From Bacillota bacterium (GTDB lineage: Bacteria > Bacillota > Clostridia > Christensenellales > SZUA-584), in contig JAEYPO010000001.1 of assembly GCA_023410595.1 (NCBI GenBank), positions 192,051 through 256,050 of the forward strand: DNA of 64,000 nt. Direction: 5' to 3'. The position numbers and the translations under genes were made by a program. Positions 28,480-38,235 of this stretch are shown here, piece by piece. Under the pieces are notes generated by a model. The model made no database searches. It was not told the origin of the DNA and worked only from the letters and a program-made list of their open reading frames with translations. Each line of letters begins with the position of its first letter. Position 1 is the stretch's first letter.

Positions 28480-30006
28480 ATGACGATATTGTTGGCAATA
28501 GACTTGGGGACGAGTTTCATAAAGGCTGGGGCATACGACCTTGAAAGCCGCTGCGTGTCGACGGCGGCGGAGCCGGTGAAGGACTACCGCCCTGCGCCGG
28601 GGATGTTCATACAGAAGGGTGAAGAGCTGTTAGGATCTGTGATAAACTGCGTGAAGCAGATCACAGTGGAGCTGGGGGAGCGTGCGAAGGACGTGGTGGC
28701 CGTCTCCTTCACGGGGCAGATGAGCGGCTTCATGGGGGTGGACGCGGAGTGGAGAGACATAACGGGCTGGTCGTGTTCGCTCGACAGCCGCTATATGTCC
28801 TACGCCGAAAAACAGATGGAAACGCTCCGCGACAAGTTTCTGGAGACGGGCGGCACGAACTTTCCGCAGATGGCGCCGAAATACGAGTGGTTCAAAACGG
28901 AGTTTCCGGAGGAAAGCAAAAGAATCGTCAAATATCTGATGGTAAGCGGCTACGTGATCGGGCGGCTCGGCGAGCTGCCGATAGATGAGGCAGCCGTCGA
29001 CCGGAGCTATACGGAGTGGACGGGGCTGGCGGATGTCGGGTGCGACCGTTGGAGCGGAGAGCTCTGCCGGGCGGTGGGCCTGGACGAGAAATACCTGCCG
29101 CGGATAGTGACCTCGAACACGGTGTGCGGGTGGCTTTCGGAGCGCTGGGCGCGCGAGACGGGCCTTAAAAGCGGCATACCGCTGGTTTCCGGGGCGGGAG
29201 ACAAGGCGGCGGGAGCGCTCGGAGCGGCGATAGTCGAGCATGGAGACGCCATATTCGAGGCTTCGTCCTACGGTATGGTGAGCGTATGTGTCGGCGAATA
29301 CCGGCCGGATATGGCCGAGCGACGGTTCGACATCGTGCCCTCGGCGGTGCCGGGGGATTTCTACGCGGCGCACTTCGCGGCGGGCTCGGGCGTCACGCTC
29401 GACTGGTTCATGAACAACTTCGCGCGGCGGCCGGGCCAGAGCGCGAAGGAGATGTTCGCGGAGATGGAAGAGAAGGTGGCGGCGCTGCCGGTCGGCAGCG
29501 AGGGAGTGTTCGCGATCGGCCTGCCCGTCGGCAGCTCCATGCCGCTGGACGGCGACCTCAAAGGTCTGTTTATGGGCTACGACTGGAGCCACCGCCCGGA
29601 GCACTTCTACCGGGCGCTGCTCGAGAGCTTCACCTACGACTTCACACTCGCGATGGAGGCCGTCGAGCGGATGTATCCGGAGCTTAAGATAGACGACGTC
29701 CGCATCATCGGCGGCGGGGCGAAGAGCCCAGTGTGGACGCAAATGTGCGCAGACGCGCAGGGCAAGCGCTACCACACGCTCAGCCGGGAAGATGCGGCCA
29801 TGTGGGGCGCTTCTATACTGGCGGGTAGCGCCATAGGAGCGTTTACGGACCTCAAGGCAACGGCGAAGAAATATGTGAAGCCGGAGAAGGAATATCTGCC
29901 AAATGCCGCGCGCCGGGCGGAGTATGCGAAATATGCCCGGCTCTACGCGGAGTATATGACGGAACTGAGCGGGTTTTTCAAGCGGCTCAGGGAGGCGGGG
30001 AGGTAG
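28480..30006 (+). CDS. FGGY-family carbohydrate kinase (xylulokinase/ribulokinase-like), substrate unknown
   Basis: N-terminal LLAIDLGTSFIKAG phosphate-1 motif, an FGGY_N/FGGY_C layout, and the GGGAKSPVWTQMCADA motif. Confidence 0.85.
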   Translation: MTILLAIDLGTSFIKAGAYDLESRCVSTAAEPVKDYRPAPGMFIQKGEELLGSVINCVKQITVELGERAKDVVAVSFTGQMSGFMGVDAEWRDITGWSCSLDSRYMSYAEKQMETLRDKFLETGGTNFPQMAPKYEWFKTEFPEESKRIVKYLMVSGYVIGRLGELPIDEAAVDRSYTEWTGLADVGCDRWSGELCRAVGLDEKYLPRIVTSNTVCGWLSERWARETGLKSGIPLVSGAGDKAAGALGAAIVEHGDAIFEASSYGMVSVCVGEYRPDMAERRFDIVPSAVPGDFYAAHFAAGSGVTLDWFMNNFARRPGQSAKEMFAEMEEKVAALPVGSEGVFAIGLPVGSSMPLDGDLKGLFMGYDWSHRPEHFYRALLESFTYDFTLAMEAVERMYPELKIDDVRIIGGGAKSPVWTQMCADAQGKRYHTLSREDAAMWGASILAGSAIGAFTDLKATAKKYVKPEKEYLPNAARRAEYAKYARLYAEYMTELSGFFKRLREAGR

Positions 30007-30020
30007 CGCCGCCGCATAAC

Positions 30021-30066
30021 AAAACGACCGTCGGCCGGGCGGAAGCCCGGTCGGCGGTCGTTTTGT
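30021..30066 (+). terminator. Strong rho-independent terminator after the kinase gene
   Basis: AAAACGACCGTCGGCCGGGC-GGAA-GCCCGGTCGGCGGTCGTTTT forms a ~20-bp stem with two non-Watson-Crick positions (one G-U wobble, one G-A mismatch), followed by a T-rich tail. Confidence 0.8.
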
Positions 30067-30266
30067 TGCCGCAAACGGATAGTGAACAGACGTGAAATAA
30101 ATCGAAAAATTTAGTTGAATATTATAAAGACAAACCTAGTACCGAATAAATATACTGTGATTATGCAAACAGAACTATGATTTGGGACGATCCGCCGAGC
30201 CGTTTATTTGTCTTTTAATGGCTGGCTCTACGGAGGGAAAGGCTGCGTGTTAGGAGAAGAACGCTT

Positions 30267-31253
30267 ATGATGGATACAAAAAAGTCAACGGGCGCCGACA
30301 AGTTGACAGGCGTCAAAAAAGTCTTTATGAATTGGGCATTGCTGTTGGGGCTGATCGGGATAGTGGCGATCTTCTCGCTCATCACGCAAAACTTTTTCAG
30401 CATATCCAACTTGATGCTGGTGCTCCAGCAGTCCTCGATCGTCGGCATAGCGGCCTGTGCTATGACGTTTGTCATCATCACGGGCAATTTCGACTTGAGC
30501 ATGGGCGCGACGATAACAACGGCGGTTCTACTTTCCGTGGATCTGCATGACAAGCTGGGAACGCTTCCGGCGGTGCTCATCGCGGTCGCGGCCTGCCTTA
30601 TCGTCGGCTTGATAAATGGTTATATTGTGGGATACATAAAGGTCAACTCAATGATAATTACACTCGGCACGATGATGATACTCAAAGGCGCCATACTGCT
30701 CTACACAGGTGGTCAACTGAGTTGGGTGGCGAGCCCGAAAACAACGTGGTTCCAGTTCTTTGGCAGGGCGGATGTTCTGGGCATACCTATGCAGGTGCTG
30801 TTGTTGGCGATGTGTGTCATACTATTTGAGTTCGTACTCAAGCGCACGACCTTCGGTGTCAAGATACAGGCGGCGGGCGGCAACGCGAGCGCCCTCCGAT
30901 ACAGCGGTACGGACGACCGCAAGATCGTGCTCATAGCGTTCGTGCTGTCTGCTTTGATGTCCGCGCTGGCCGGCCTCATAATGGGTTCGAGAACGATGAA
31001 ATTCCAGCAGGAGATCGCTTTCGGATATGAGTTCGACGTTATATCGGCCGTTATACTGGGCGGCGCGAGCTTGACGGGCGGCTCGGGAAGCGTTGTAAAA
31101 ACGCTGATCGGCGTGGTCATCCTAACGGTCCTGCAAAACGGTTTTCTGATGATCGGGCTGTCATACTACTTCCAGTGGCTGGTGCAGGGCATAGTCATAT
31201 TGTTCATGGTATTCATAGACGTGACGGCAAAGCGGAAGGAGGGCCTCGCATGA
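30267..31253 (+). CDS. Monosaccharide ABC transporter permease (RbsC-like, BPD_transp_2, CUT2)
   Basis: Multi-TM protein with FDLSMGATI and GGASLTGGSGSV motifs typical of RbsC/XylH-type permeases. Confidence 0.9.
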   Translation: MMDTKKSTGADKLTGVKKVFMNWALLLGLIGIVAIFSLITQNFFSISNLMLVLQQSSIVGIAACAMTFVIITGNFDLSMGATITTAVLLSVDLHDKLGTLPAVLIAVAACLIVGLINGYIVGYIKVNSMIITLGTMMILKGAILLYTGGQLSWVASPKTTWFQFFGRADVLGIPMQVLLLAMCVILFEFVLKRTTFGVKIQAAGGNASALRYSGTDDRKIVLIAFVLSALMSALAGLIMGSRTMKFQQEIAFGYEFDVISAVILGGASLTGGSGSVVKTLIGVVILTVLQNGFLMIGLSYYFQWLVQGIVILFMVFIDVTAKRKEGLA

Positions 31254-32227
31254 GCAACGCGTGGACTGCTGCAAAAGCATTTTGTAAAAAATACACGATC
31301 GTGCCGATACTGGCGATTATATTCGTGGTGTTCTCGATATTCGGAAAGTCGTTCTTCACGCTGTCAAACTTCTCAAATATACTGACGCAGAGCGCGATAT
31401 ATGGCACAATGGCGGTCGGCATGACGTTCCTCATCGTCGACGGGTTCTTCGATCTTTCCGCCGGCGTGGTGATGGGCCTAACGGCCAACATAGTCATACT
31501 GTTCCAGATGGCGGGCTTCCCGATCTGGGCCTCCGTGGCGATCGCCATAGTAGTTTCCTTTGTGATCGGCGTCATAAACGGCGCACTCGTAGCCAAGGTC
31601 GGCATAAACGCCTTTATCGTGACGCTGGCGATGATGGTCAGTATGCGCGGCGTGACTTATATGCTGAACGGCTCTGAGCAGCTCGCCGGGACTATCAAGG
31701 AGTTTGGAGTTTATGGCAGCGGCGAGATAGGCGGTGTATCCTTTATAGGCCTAACTTTCCTTGCGTTGCTGCTGATCGGCTACCTCGTCCTACATTATAC
31801 GCGCCACGGCCGAGATACCTTCGCCCTCGGCGGTAGCGAGGAAGCCGCTTTTAACGCCGGCATCAAGGTTGGCCGCGTCAAAGCCGTGAACTTCGTTATC
31901 TGTTCGCTGATGGCAGGCGTTGCGGGCGTTATGAACGCCTCCAAGATGAACGCGGCGACCCCCTATCTCGGCTATCCGGACGGCAGCATAATGGTCATAA
32001 CCTGTGTCGTTCTCGGAGGAACGAGCTTGGCCGGCGGCTCGGGCGGAATGCTCTATACGCTCGGCGGCACAATCGCATATTTCATGCTCAGAAACGGTCT
32101 CAACATGATGAACGTCCCCTCGTCCTACTATTACATGGTCACAGGCCTCATCTTGATTGCCGTCGTTACGGCGGAGAGGGTCCAGGAGGCAAGACGCGCG
32201 AGAAAGGTATCACAGGGCCGGGGTTGA
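31250..32227 (+). CDS. Second monosaccharide ABC transporter permease (RbsC-like)
   Basis: ATGA overlap with the previous gene. FDLSAGVVMG and GGTSLAGGSGG motifs. Confidence 0.9.
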   Translation: MSNAWTAAKAFCKKYTIVPILAIIFVVFSIFGKSFFTLSNFSNILTQSAIYGTMAVGMTFLIVDGFFDLSAGVVMGLTANIVILFQMAGFPIWASVAIAIVVSFVIGVINGALVAKVGINAFIVTLAMMVSMRGVTYMLNGSEQLAGTIKEFGVYGSGEIGGVSFIGLTFLALLLIGYLVLHYTRHGRDTFALGGSEEAAFNAGIKVGRVKAVNFVICSLMAGVAGVMNASKMNAATPYLGYPDGSIMVITCVVLGGTSLAGGSGGMLYTLGGTIAYFMLRNGLNMMNVPSSYYYMVTGLILIAVVTAERVQEARRARKVSQGRG

Positions 32228-32287
32228 CCCGGGACTGTGTTTACTAAATAGCCAGAAATGGCGAGAAATAATTTCAAGGAGAATAGT

Positions 32288-33340
32288 ATGAAAAAATTGA
32301 TTGCTGTCCTAATAGCGGTGTTTATGAGTATCGCGTTCGTGGCCTGCGCCGCTCCCGCCACATCCGAAACGCCCACCGCGGACGAACCCGCCGCAGATGC
32401 TCCCGCGGCTGAACCCGCCGCCGATGCTTCCGCGGCTGAACCCGCCGCCGACGGCGAGAAGCTAGTGATCGGCTTCGCGGATTTCAACGTTGGTGCCAAT
32501 AACTATCTTTCCACCTATGCCAAGGAAGTCCAGAGAATGTTCGCGGAAGACGAGCCCTACAAGAGCAGCTGCACTCTGCAGATGCTGGACGCTCAGGGCG
32601 ACGCCGACAAGCAGCTTTCCGACATCGACGACCTTATCGAGATGAAGTGCGACGCGATCGTGCTGTGGCCCGTTTCGTCGACGGCCTGCATCTCCGGCGT
32701 GCAGAAGATGCACGATGCCGGTATCCCGATCATCAACACCAACTCCGGCGTCGACGCCTCCGTGCAGGATCTGCTGACCTGCTTCTCCGGCCCGAGCGAT
32801 TATAAGCAGGGCGGCCAGGCTGGCGAAGCGATGATCGAAGGCCTCGGCGGCAGCGGAAAAGTCGTTATTCTTGAAGGCACCGCCGGCTATGACACCGCGA
32901 CGCAGAGAACGGCCGGTTTTATGGACGCCGTCGAAGGCAAGGGGATAGAGGTCCTCGCTGCCGAGCCGACTGACTGGTCCACCGAGAAGGCGCAGACCGT
33001 TATGGAAACCTTCTTAACGACCTATGGCGACCAGATCCAGGGTATATACTGTCACGACGACGGCATCGCCGAGGGCGCGATGAACGCGCTCGACGCCGTT
33101 GGCAAGCTCGACGGCTCCATCATCATAACCAGCGCCACCATGTTCGCCTCCGGCTACGACGCTCTGGCGGAGGGCCTCATGTATGGCTCCATTCTCCAGT
33201 CTCCCTATGAAGACGCGCACCTGGCCTTCGAGCTGGCCGTCAAGGCCGCCAAGGGCGAGGAAATAGATAAGGATAACCGCATCCCGACTTGGATTGTCAA
33301 TAAGAAAAACCATTCTGAGTTCGACAGACCTACCTGGTAA
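32288..33340 (+). CDS. Monosaccharide ABC transporter substrate-binding lipoprotein (RbsB-like, Peripla_BP_4)
   Basis: Lipobox MKKLIAVLIAVFMSIAFVACA and an Ala/Pro/Glu linker, then a type I PBP fold (DAIVLWPV..., GIPIINTN, CHDDGIAEGAMNAL). Confidence 0.9.
   Translation: MKKLIAVLIAVFMSIAFVACAAPATSETPTADEPAADAPAAEPAADASAAEPAADGEKLVIGFADFNVGANNYLSTYAKEVQRMFAEDEPYKSSCTLQMLDAQGDADKQLSDIDDLIEMKCDAIVLWPVSSTACISGVQKMHDAGIPIINTNSGVDASVQDLLTCFSGPSDYKQGGQAGEAMIEGLGGSGKVVILEGTAGYDTATQRTAGFMDAVEGKGIEVLAAEPTDWSTEKAQTVMETFLTTYGDQIQGIYCHDDGIAEGAMNALDAVGKLDGSIIITSATMFASGYDALAEGLMYGSILQSPYEDAHLAFELAVKAAKGEEIDKDNRIPTWIVNKKNHSEFDRPTW
32378..32458 (+). repeat. 3 x 27-nt in-frame tandem repeat encoding the A-(D/A)-E-P-A-A-D-x-x linker of the lipoprotein
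   Basis: Copies at 32378-32404, 32405-32431 and 32432-32458 (GCGGCTGAACCCGCCGCCGATGCTTCC and variants). Confidence 0.9.
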
Positions 33341-33445
33341 AACGTTCAAGGCACAAAAGAGGCGGGGCGGGCCCTTGAGGGTCCGTCCCCGGCTCAACGA
33401 AGGCAGACCGCGAAAACTACGGGGCTGCACTGGAAAGGAAAGACA

Positions 33446-34951
33446 ATGGAGCGCGGAGAAGTCGTTCTTAAAGCAACAAACATATCTAAAACATTTATTA
33501 ACGTGAAGGCGCTCGACAACGTTGATATCGAGATCCGCTCCGGCGAGGTACTGGCGCTCGCGGGAGAAAACGGGGCGGGCAAGTCCACGCTTATGAAGAT
33601 ACTTTCCGGAGTGTACCGCATGGATAAGAATTCCGGAAGCGAGATCATCCATAGGGGCAAAAAGGTTGAATATAAAACGCCATTGAACGCGAAGTCGAAC
33701 GGCATCGTGATGATATTCCAGGAGCTCTCGCTCGTTAAGAAGCTGACAGTCGCCGAGAACATATATCTGGGCAGCCTGCCGAGCTTCAAAAATGGCGCTA
33801 TAGACTGGAAAACGCTGTATGCGAACACGCAGGAGGTGCTAGACGAACTCCGCTGCGAGGTCCACCCGAAGGACAAGATAGAGGATCTTCCGCTGGCGCA
33901 GCAGCAGATGGTAGAGATCGCCCGCGCGATAGCGTTGGACGCAAACATCTTGATACTAGACGAACCGACGTCATCCTTGACGGACAAAGAAAAGAAGCTG
34001 TTGTTTGCCTGTATGCGCAGACTGAAGGAAAAGGGCACGGCGATCGTATATATCTCCCACAGGATGGACGAGATTTTCGAGATTACTGACAGGATAACGG
34101 TCTTTCGCGATGGCAAAAAGACGAGCGTGCTAATCACAAAGGCAGCGACGCTGGACGACGTCGTACAGGGCATGATCGGCAGGACGCTCGACGACTACTT
34201 CAACAAGGCCGGAGATGCCAACACGGGCGTCGAGGCGCTGAGGCTCGAGGGGCTGACGGTCCCCGGGGGTTTTGAAGACGTCAGCTTCACGCTCAACAAG
34301 GGCGAGATACTCGGGCTGTATGGGTTAGTTGGAGCGGGCAGGTCTGAGATCGTCGAGACGATATTCGGTCTGCGTCGCCCAACGAAGGGGCATATATACA
34401 TCGACGGCAGGCGCGCCGCCATCCACGGGACCTTCGCGGCCGTCCGGCATGGCATCGGCCTCGTTCCAGAAAACCGGAAGGAAGACGGCCTCGTGCTGGG
34501 GCTCTCCTGCAAAATGAATATCGGCCTCGCCAACTTGCGCCGGGTCAGCAGGCGATCCATCGTCAGAAGAAAAAAGATCATGGATCTGTATAGCATCTAT
34601 AAGGAGAAGCTCTCCATAGCGTGTAATGATCCCGAACAGCCAGTCAAGAACCTTTCGGGCGGAAACCAGCAGAAGATCATAATCGGGAAATGGCTCGGCA
34701 CGGAGCCGAGGATACTTATGATGGACGAACCAACGCGCGGCATAGATGTCGGATCGAAGGCGGAGATCCACAGGATAATCGGAGACCTCGCGCGCAGCGG
34801 GATGGCCGTTATCGTCATCTCCTCTGAGATGCAGGAGATAATGGGCGCCTGTTCCCGTATCATCACCATCGCGGAGGGAAAAATCACCGGCGAGTTCAAG
34901 ACGGGTGAGATCACGGAAGAAAACTTGATGAACGCGATAATGCTCCACTGA
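33446..34951 (+). CDS. Sugar ABC transporter ATP-binding protein with duplicated ATPase domains (RbsA/MglA-like)
   Basis: Two NBDs: GENGAGKST with LDEPTSSL, and GLVGAGRSE with LSGGNQQK and MMDEPTRGID. Confidence 0.9.
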   Translation: MERGEVVLKATNISKTFINVKALDNVDIEIRSGEVLALAGENGAGKSTLMKILSGVYRMDKNSGSEIIHRGKKVEYKTPLNAKSNGIVMIFQELSLVKKLTVAENIYLGSLPSFKNGAIDWKTLYANTQEVLDELRCEVHPKDKIEDLPLAQQQMVEIARAIALDANILILDEPTSSLTDKEKKLLFACMRRLKEKGTAIVYISHRMDEIFEITDRITVFRDGKKTSVLITKAATLDDVVQGMIGRTLDDYFNKAGDANTGVEALRLEGLTVPGGFEDVSFTLNKGEILGLYGLVGAGRSEIVETIFGLRRPTKGHIYIDGRRAAIHGTFAAVRHGIGLVPENRKEDGLVLGLSCKMNIGLANLRRVSRRSIVRRKKIMDLYSIYKEKLSIACNDPEQPVKNLSGGNQQKIIIGKWLGTEPRILMMDEPTRGIDVGSKAEIHRIIGDLARSGMAVIVISSEMQEIMGACSRIITIAEGKITGEFKTGEITEENLMNAIMLH

Positions 34952-35140
34952 CGCAACCCTGGCGTTTGCCAGCCCGGTGTGCTTTGAGACAGCGGACGGA
35001 GCGCCCGGCTCCCTCATATGCCCGCGAAAAGCGACGGAGAAAACTCTCATCGATTTTGGGTGTATTCTATGTTACACTAAAACATATATTGCGTTATAAC
35101 ATGAAGAAGCCTGCTTTAGCATTGACCTGCGGAGGGGCGG

Positions 35141-36994
35141 ATGGTTTGGCTTAAGGACAGATTCCAGAATATGAGCATCCGAAACAAAATATTATTGTGT
35201 TTTTTGTGTGTGCTTGTGCTGGGCTTCGTCACACTGGGGCTGCTGTATAACATGGTGTTCTCAAACTCTATGACGGATATCACCAACGATACGACGCTCG
35301 TTATCATCGAGCAGGCCAACAGCGGCGTCGAGACGCATCTCGACAACATCCAGAACGTAATCGGCATACTTTCCGCAGACGAAAACATACGCGAGTTCTG
35401 CAAGGCGGATCAAATGGTGGCGGGTACGACGGATTTTTCAATGACGCGTATAAACATCTGCAATACGCTGGCTAGTTTCAAGGAAACGTTTTCCGAGATA
35501 ATCGGCATCGCCATAATCTCTACGGATGACAACTTCATAAGCAACGAGATGTATAAAGGGAACGGCGAATCGCTGGTCGCTGAGGAATGGTATAAAGAAT
35601 GCGTCGTCGGGCCGGATATGCGGCTGCTCGTCAAGCCGACTAGCCGAAACCTGGTGTATTACGACTCCGTTAGCGTGGACGACATCATTTGCGTCGCCAA
35701 GCCGATTTTAGACGAGCGGGGCAACGCGGTTGGGCTGATGATCGTGGATATGCTCCGCGATATTATTGGCGATATATTGGAAAACGTCGTGCTCGGCAAG
35801 GAGGGGTTCGTGCTCATCGTGGACGACAGCGAAAACCTCATATATTCGCCGGTCAATCCCGTGGTGCCGCGCATACGCTCGGAGTGGTTCTCCGGCGAGA
35901 GCGGCATATTCGAAAAGAACATAAATGGAGAAAACTATCGGTTCATATACGAGTCGTCAGACGCCTACGGCTGGAAAGTGGTGGGCGTATTTTCTTTGGC
36001 GGAGACCATGCAGCAGGTCACGGAGGCGCGCAACACGATGTTCATAATACTCGGCTGCATCATAGTGTTGGCCGTGCTGGTGACCGTCATATTCTCGTCG
36101 ACGCTGGTCAAGCCGCTTCAAAAGCTCAAGAGCATCATGGGCATAGCGCAGGGCGGAGACCTCGCCATACGCTTCAACGTTAATTATACTGACGAGATCG
36201 GCCAGCTCGGACGCGCCTTCAACGATATGCTGGACAGGCTGCAAAAGCTGATGGACATGGTATACGCTGAGCAGAAAAAGAAGCGTACAGCGGAGCTGAA
36301 TGCGCTGCAGGCGCAGATCAAGCCGCATTTCCTTTATAACACCTTCGACACCATACACTGGATGGCCAAGAAATATGGCGCGAGCGACATCGTGTATGTG
36401 ATCCAGTGCCTAACAAACCTTTTTAGGCTCGGGCTCTCCAAGGGTAGCGAGATCATACAGATCGAAGACGAGATCGCCCATGTGGAAAACTATCTAGGCA
36501 TACAGAAGATCCGCTACGACATACTGAGCTGCAAGGTCGAACTGGCGGACGAGGCAAGAGGGCTCTATGTGCCGAAGCTGATATTGCAGCCGATCGTGGA
36601 AAACTCCATATATCACGGGATCAAACCCAAGGGCATCCCGGGTATAATAACCATCAAGGCGTACACGGAGGAAGGGCTGCTAAAGATCGAAGTAGCCGAC
36701 GACGGCGTGGGCATGGAGCCCGAGCGCGTGGACAGGATAAACGGAGTCTTCGCTACGGGCAACGCGGAGGGACTGGGCTATGGAATGTTCAACGTTAACG
36801 AACGGCTCAAGCTCTCTTTTGGAAACGAATATGGGCTTTCGATCGCCAGCGTGACGGGCGGAGGAACAGCGGTGACGGTGGCCTGCCCAATGCTGCGCGA
36901 TCCGGAGGATGTTGGCGAAGAAAAGAAATATCGTCTTTTGAGCGCGTTGGACGTAAAGGCCGCGCGCCGCGCCTCGTGCGGCGGCGGGTCATAA
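35141..36994 (+). CDS. Sensor histidine kinase, YesM/LytS-like (Cache-like extracytoplasmic domain, HAMP, His_kinase, HATPase_c)
   Basis: TM1, a ~270-aa extracytoplasmic region, TM2, then HAMP (LVKPLQKLKSIM...AFNDMLDRL), His box QIKPHFLYNTFDTIHWM, and LILQPIVENSIYHG. Confidence 0.9.
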   Translation: MVWLKDRFQNMSIRNKILLCFLCVLVLGFVTLGLLYNMVFSNSMTDITNDTTLVIIEQANSGVETHLDNIQNVIGILSADENIREFCKADQMVAGTTDFSMTRINICNTLASFKETFSEIIGIAIISTDDNFISNEMYKGNGESLVAEEWYKECVVGPDMRLLVKPTSRNLVYYDSVSVDDIICVAKPILDERGNAVGLMIVDMLRDIIGDILENVVLGKEGFVLIVDDSENLIYSPVNPVVPRIRSEWFSGESGIFEKNINGENYRFIYESSDAYGWKVVGVFSLAETMQQVTEARNTMFIILGCIIVLAVLVTVIFSSTLVKPLQKLKSIMGIAQGGDLAIRFNVNYTDEIGQLGRAFNDMLDRLQKLMDMVYAEQKKKRTAELNALQAQIKPHFLYNTFDTIHWMAKKYGASDIVYVIQCLTNLFRLGLSKGSEIIQIEDEIAHVENYLGIQKIRYDILSCKVELADEARGLYVPKLILQPIVENSIYHGIKPKGIPGIITIKAYTEEGLLKIEVADDGVGMEPERVDRINGVFATGNAEGLGYGMFNVNERLKLSFGNEYGLSIASVTGGGTAVTVACPMLRDPEDVGEEKKYRLLSALDVKAARRASCGGGS

Positions 36995-37008
36995 AGAAGG
37001 AGATTTTC

Positions 37009-38235
37009 ATGCTGAAGGTTTTGATCGCTGACGACGAAAGGCTGATACGCGAGGGGGTAGTAGTGGCCATAGATTGGGAGGCGCTGGAAATGGAGCTGGT
37101 CGGCGCGGCGGTGAACGGCCGGGAGGCTCTAGAGCTGGCGACGGAGCTCCGGCCGGACATATGTCTTGTGGATATTATGATGCCGATTGTCAGCGGGCTC
37201 GAGTTCATAGAGCGGCTGAAGAAGGAGCTTCCCGAGGTGATATGCATAATAGTCACCGGCTATGACGAATTTGACTACGCGAGGCGTGCCATGCAGCTCG
37301 ACGCCTTCGAATATATCCTAAAACCGATAAACGAGGAGGAGTTCAAGGAAACGTTGCTGCGCGCCAAAAATCGGATATTGAACCGCGAGAGCTTGGAGAA
37401 TAAGGTCAACCAGATGGAGCTGCAACTCGAAAAAACGCTGCCCGACGCGTTTGGGCGCTTTGTTAAGGATTGCATGAACGGTAAGTGTTCGGACGCGGAC
37501 ACGGATGCCTTTGCGAGGATGTATAATATCCAGCTCGGTTTGAACATAGGGATGTTCGTCGTGCGCCTTTCCGACGGTGTTTTCGTGGGTAGGAGGGACG
37601 AGGCGCGTTTGGCCTCTGCCCTCGGCTTTGCCCTGCGCCAGATGCTTGAGGAGACGATGGCCAGATATTACGACGTCCTAAAGGTGGTGAGCGACGAGAA
37701 AGACAGGATAATAGCCGTCGCGGACATAAGCCTGGGCTCCGTATTCGAAGACGTCCGCATCGAGGCGGAGCGCAGTATCCGTAGCGGCCTTGAATTCAGC
37801 GTGCCCATATACGCGGCCATAACGGACAAGGGGCTAAACAATATAGACAGCCTTTACAGATCGATATGCCTAAAGCAGGAACATGAGAGCCAGTATACGC
37901 CCCTCGTCAAGAAGGCCAAGGACTATATGGACGCCAATTACTGCGACGAGGAGTTGACGCTGAAAAGGATCGCGGACGAGTTCTGCGTCAGCACGGGTCA
38001 TATAAGCCGGCTCATAAAATCCGAGATGGGCATATCATATTCCGACTATATAACGGAGAAACGCATAAGCAGGGCCGTGGCCATGCTGAACGAGGGAGAA
38101 CTCAAGATATATGAGATTTCCGACAAGATCGGCTACAACAGCCAGCATTATTTCTGCACCACATTCAAAAGGGTAACGGGCCTCTCGCCCACAGATTTCA
38201 AAAACAAGAGGAGCCAGCGAAAGGAGCCGCAATGA
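37009..38235 (+). CDS. Response regulator with AraC-type HTH output (YesN-like)
   Basis: REC domain (VLIADDER...LVDIMMPIVSG...IVTGY), a central linker domain, and a C-terminal HTH_AraC (YNSQHYFCTTFKRVTGLSP). RBS AAGAAGGAG. Confidence 0.9.
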   Translation: MLKVLIADDERLIREGVVVAIDWEALEMELVGAAVNGREALELATELRPDICLVDIMMPIVSGLEFIERLKKELPEVICIIVTGYDEFDYARRAMQLDAFEYILKPINEEEFKETLLRAKNRILNRESLENKVNQMELQLEKTLPDAFGRFVKDCMNGKCSDADTDAFARMYNIQLGLNIGMFVVRLSDGVFVGRRDEARLASALGFALRQMLEETMARYYDVLKVVSDEKDRIIAVADISLGSVFEDVRIEAERSIRSGLEFSVPIYAAITDKGLNNIDSLYRSICLKQEHESQYTPLVKKAKDYMDANYCDEELTLKRIADEFCVSTGHISRLIKSEMGISYSDYITEKRISRAVAMLNEGELKIYEISDKIGYNSQHYFCTTFKRVTGLSPTDFKNKRSQRKEPQ

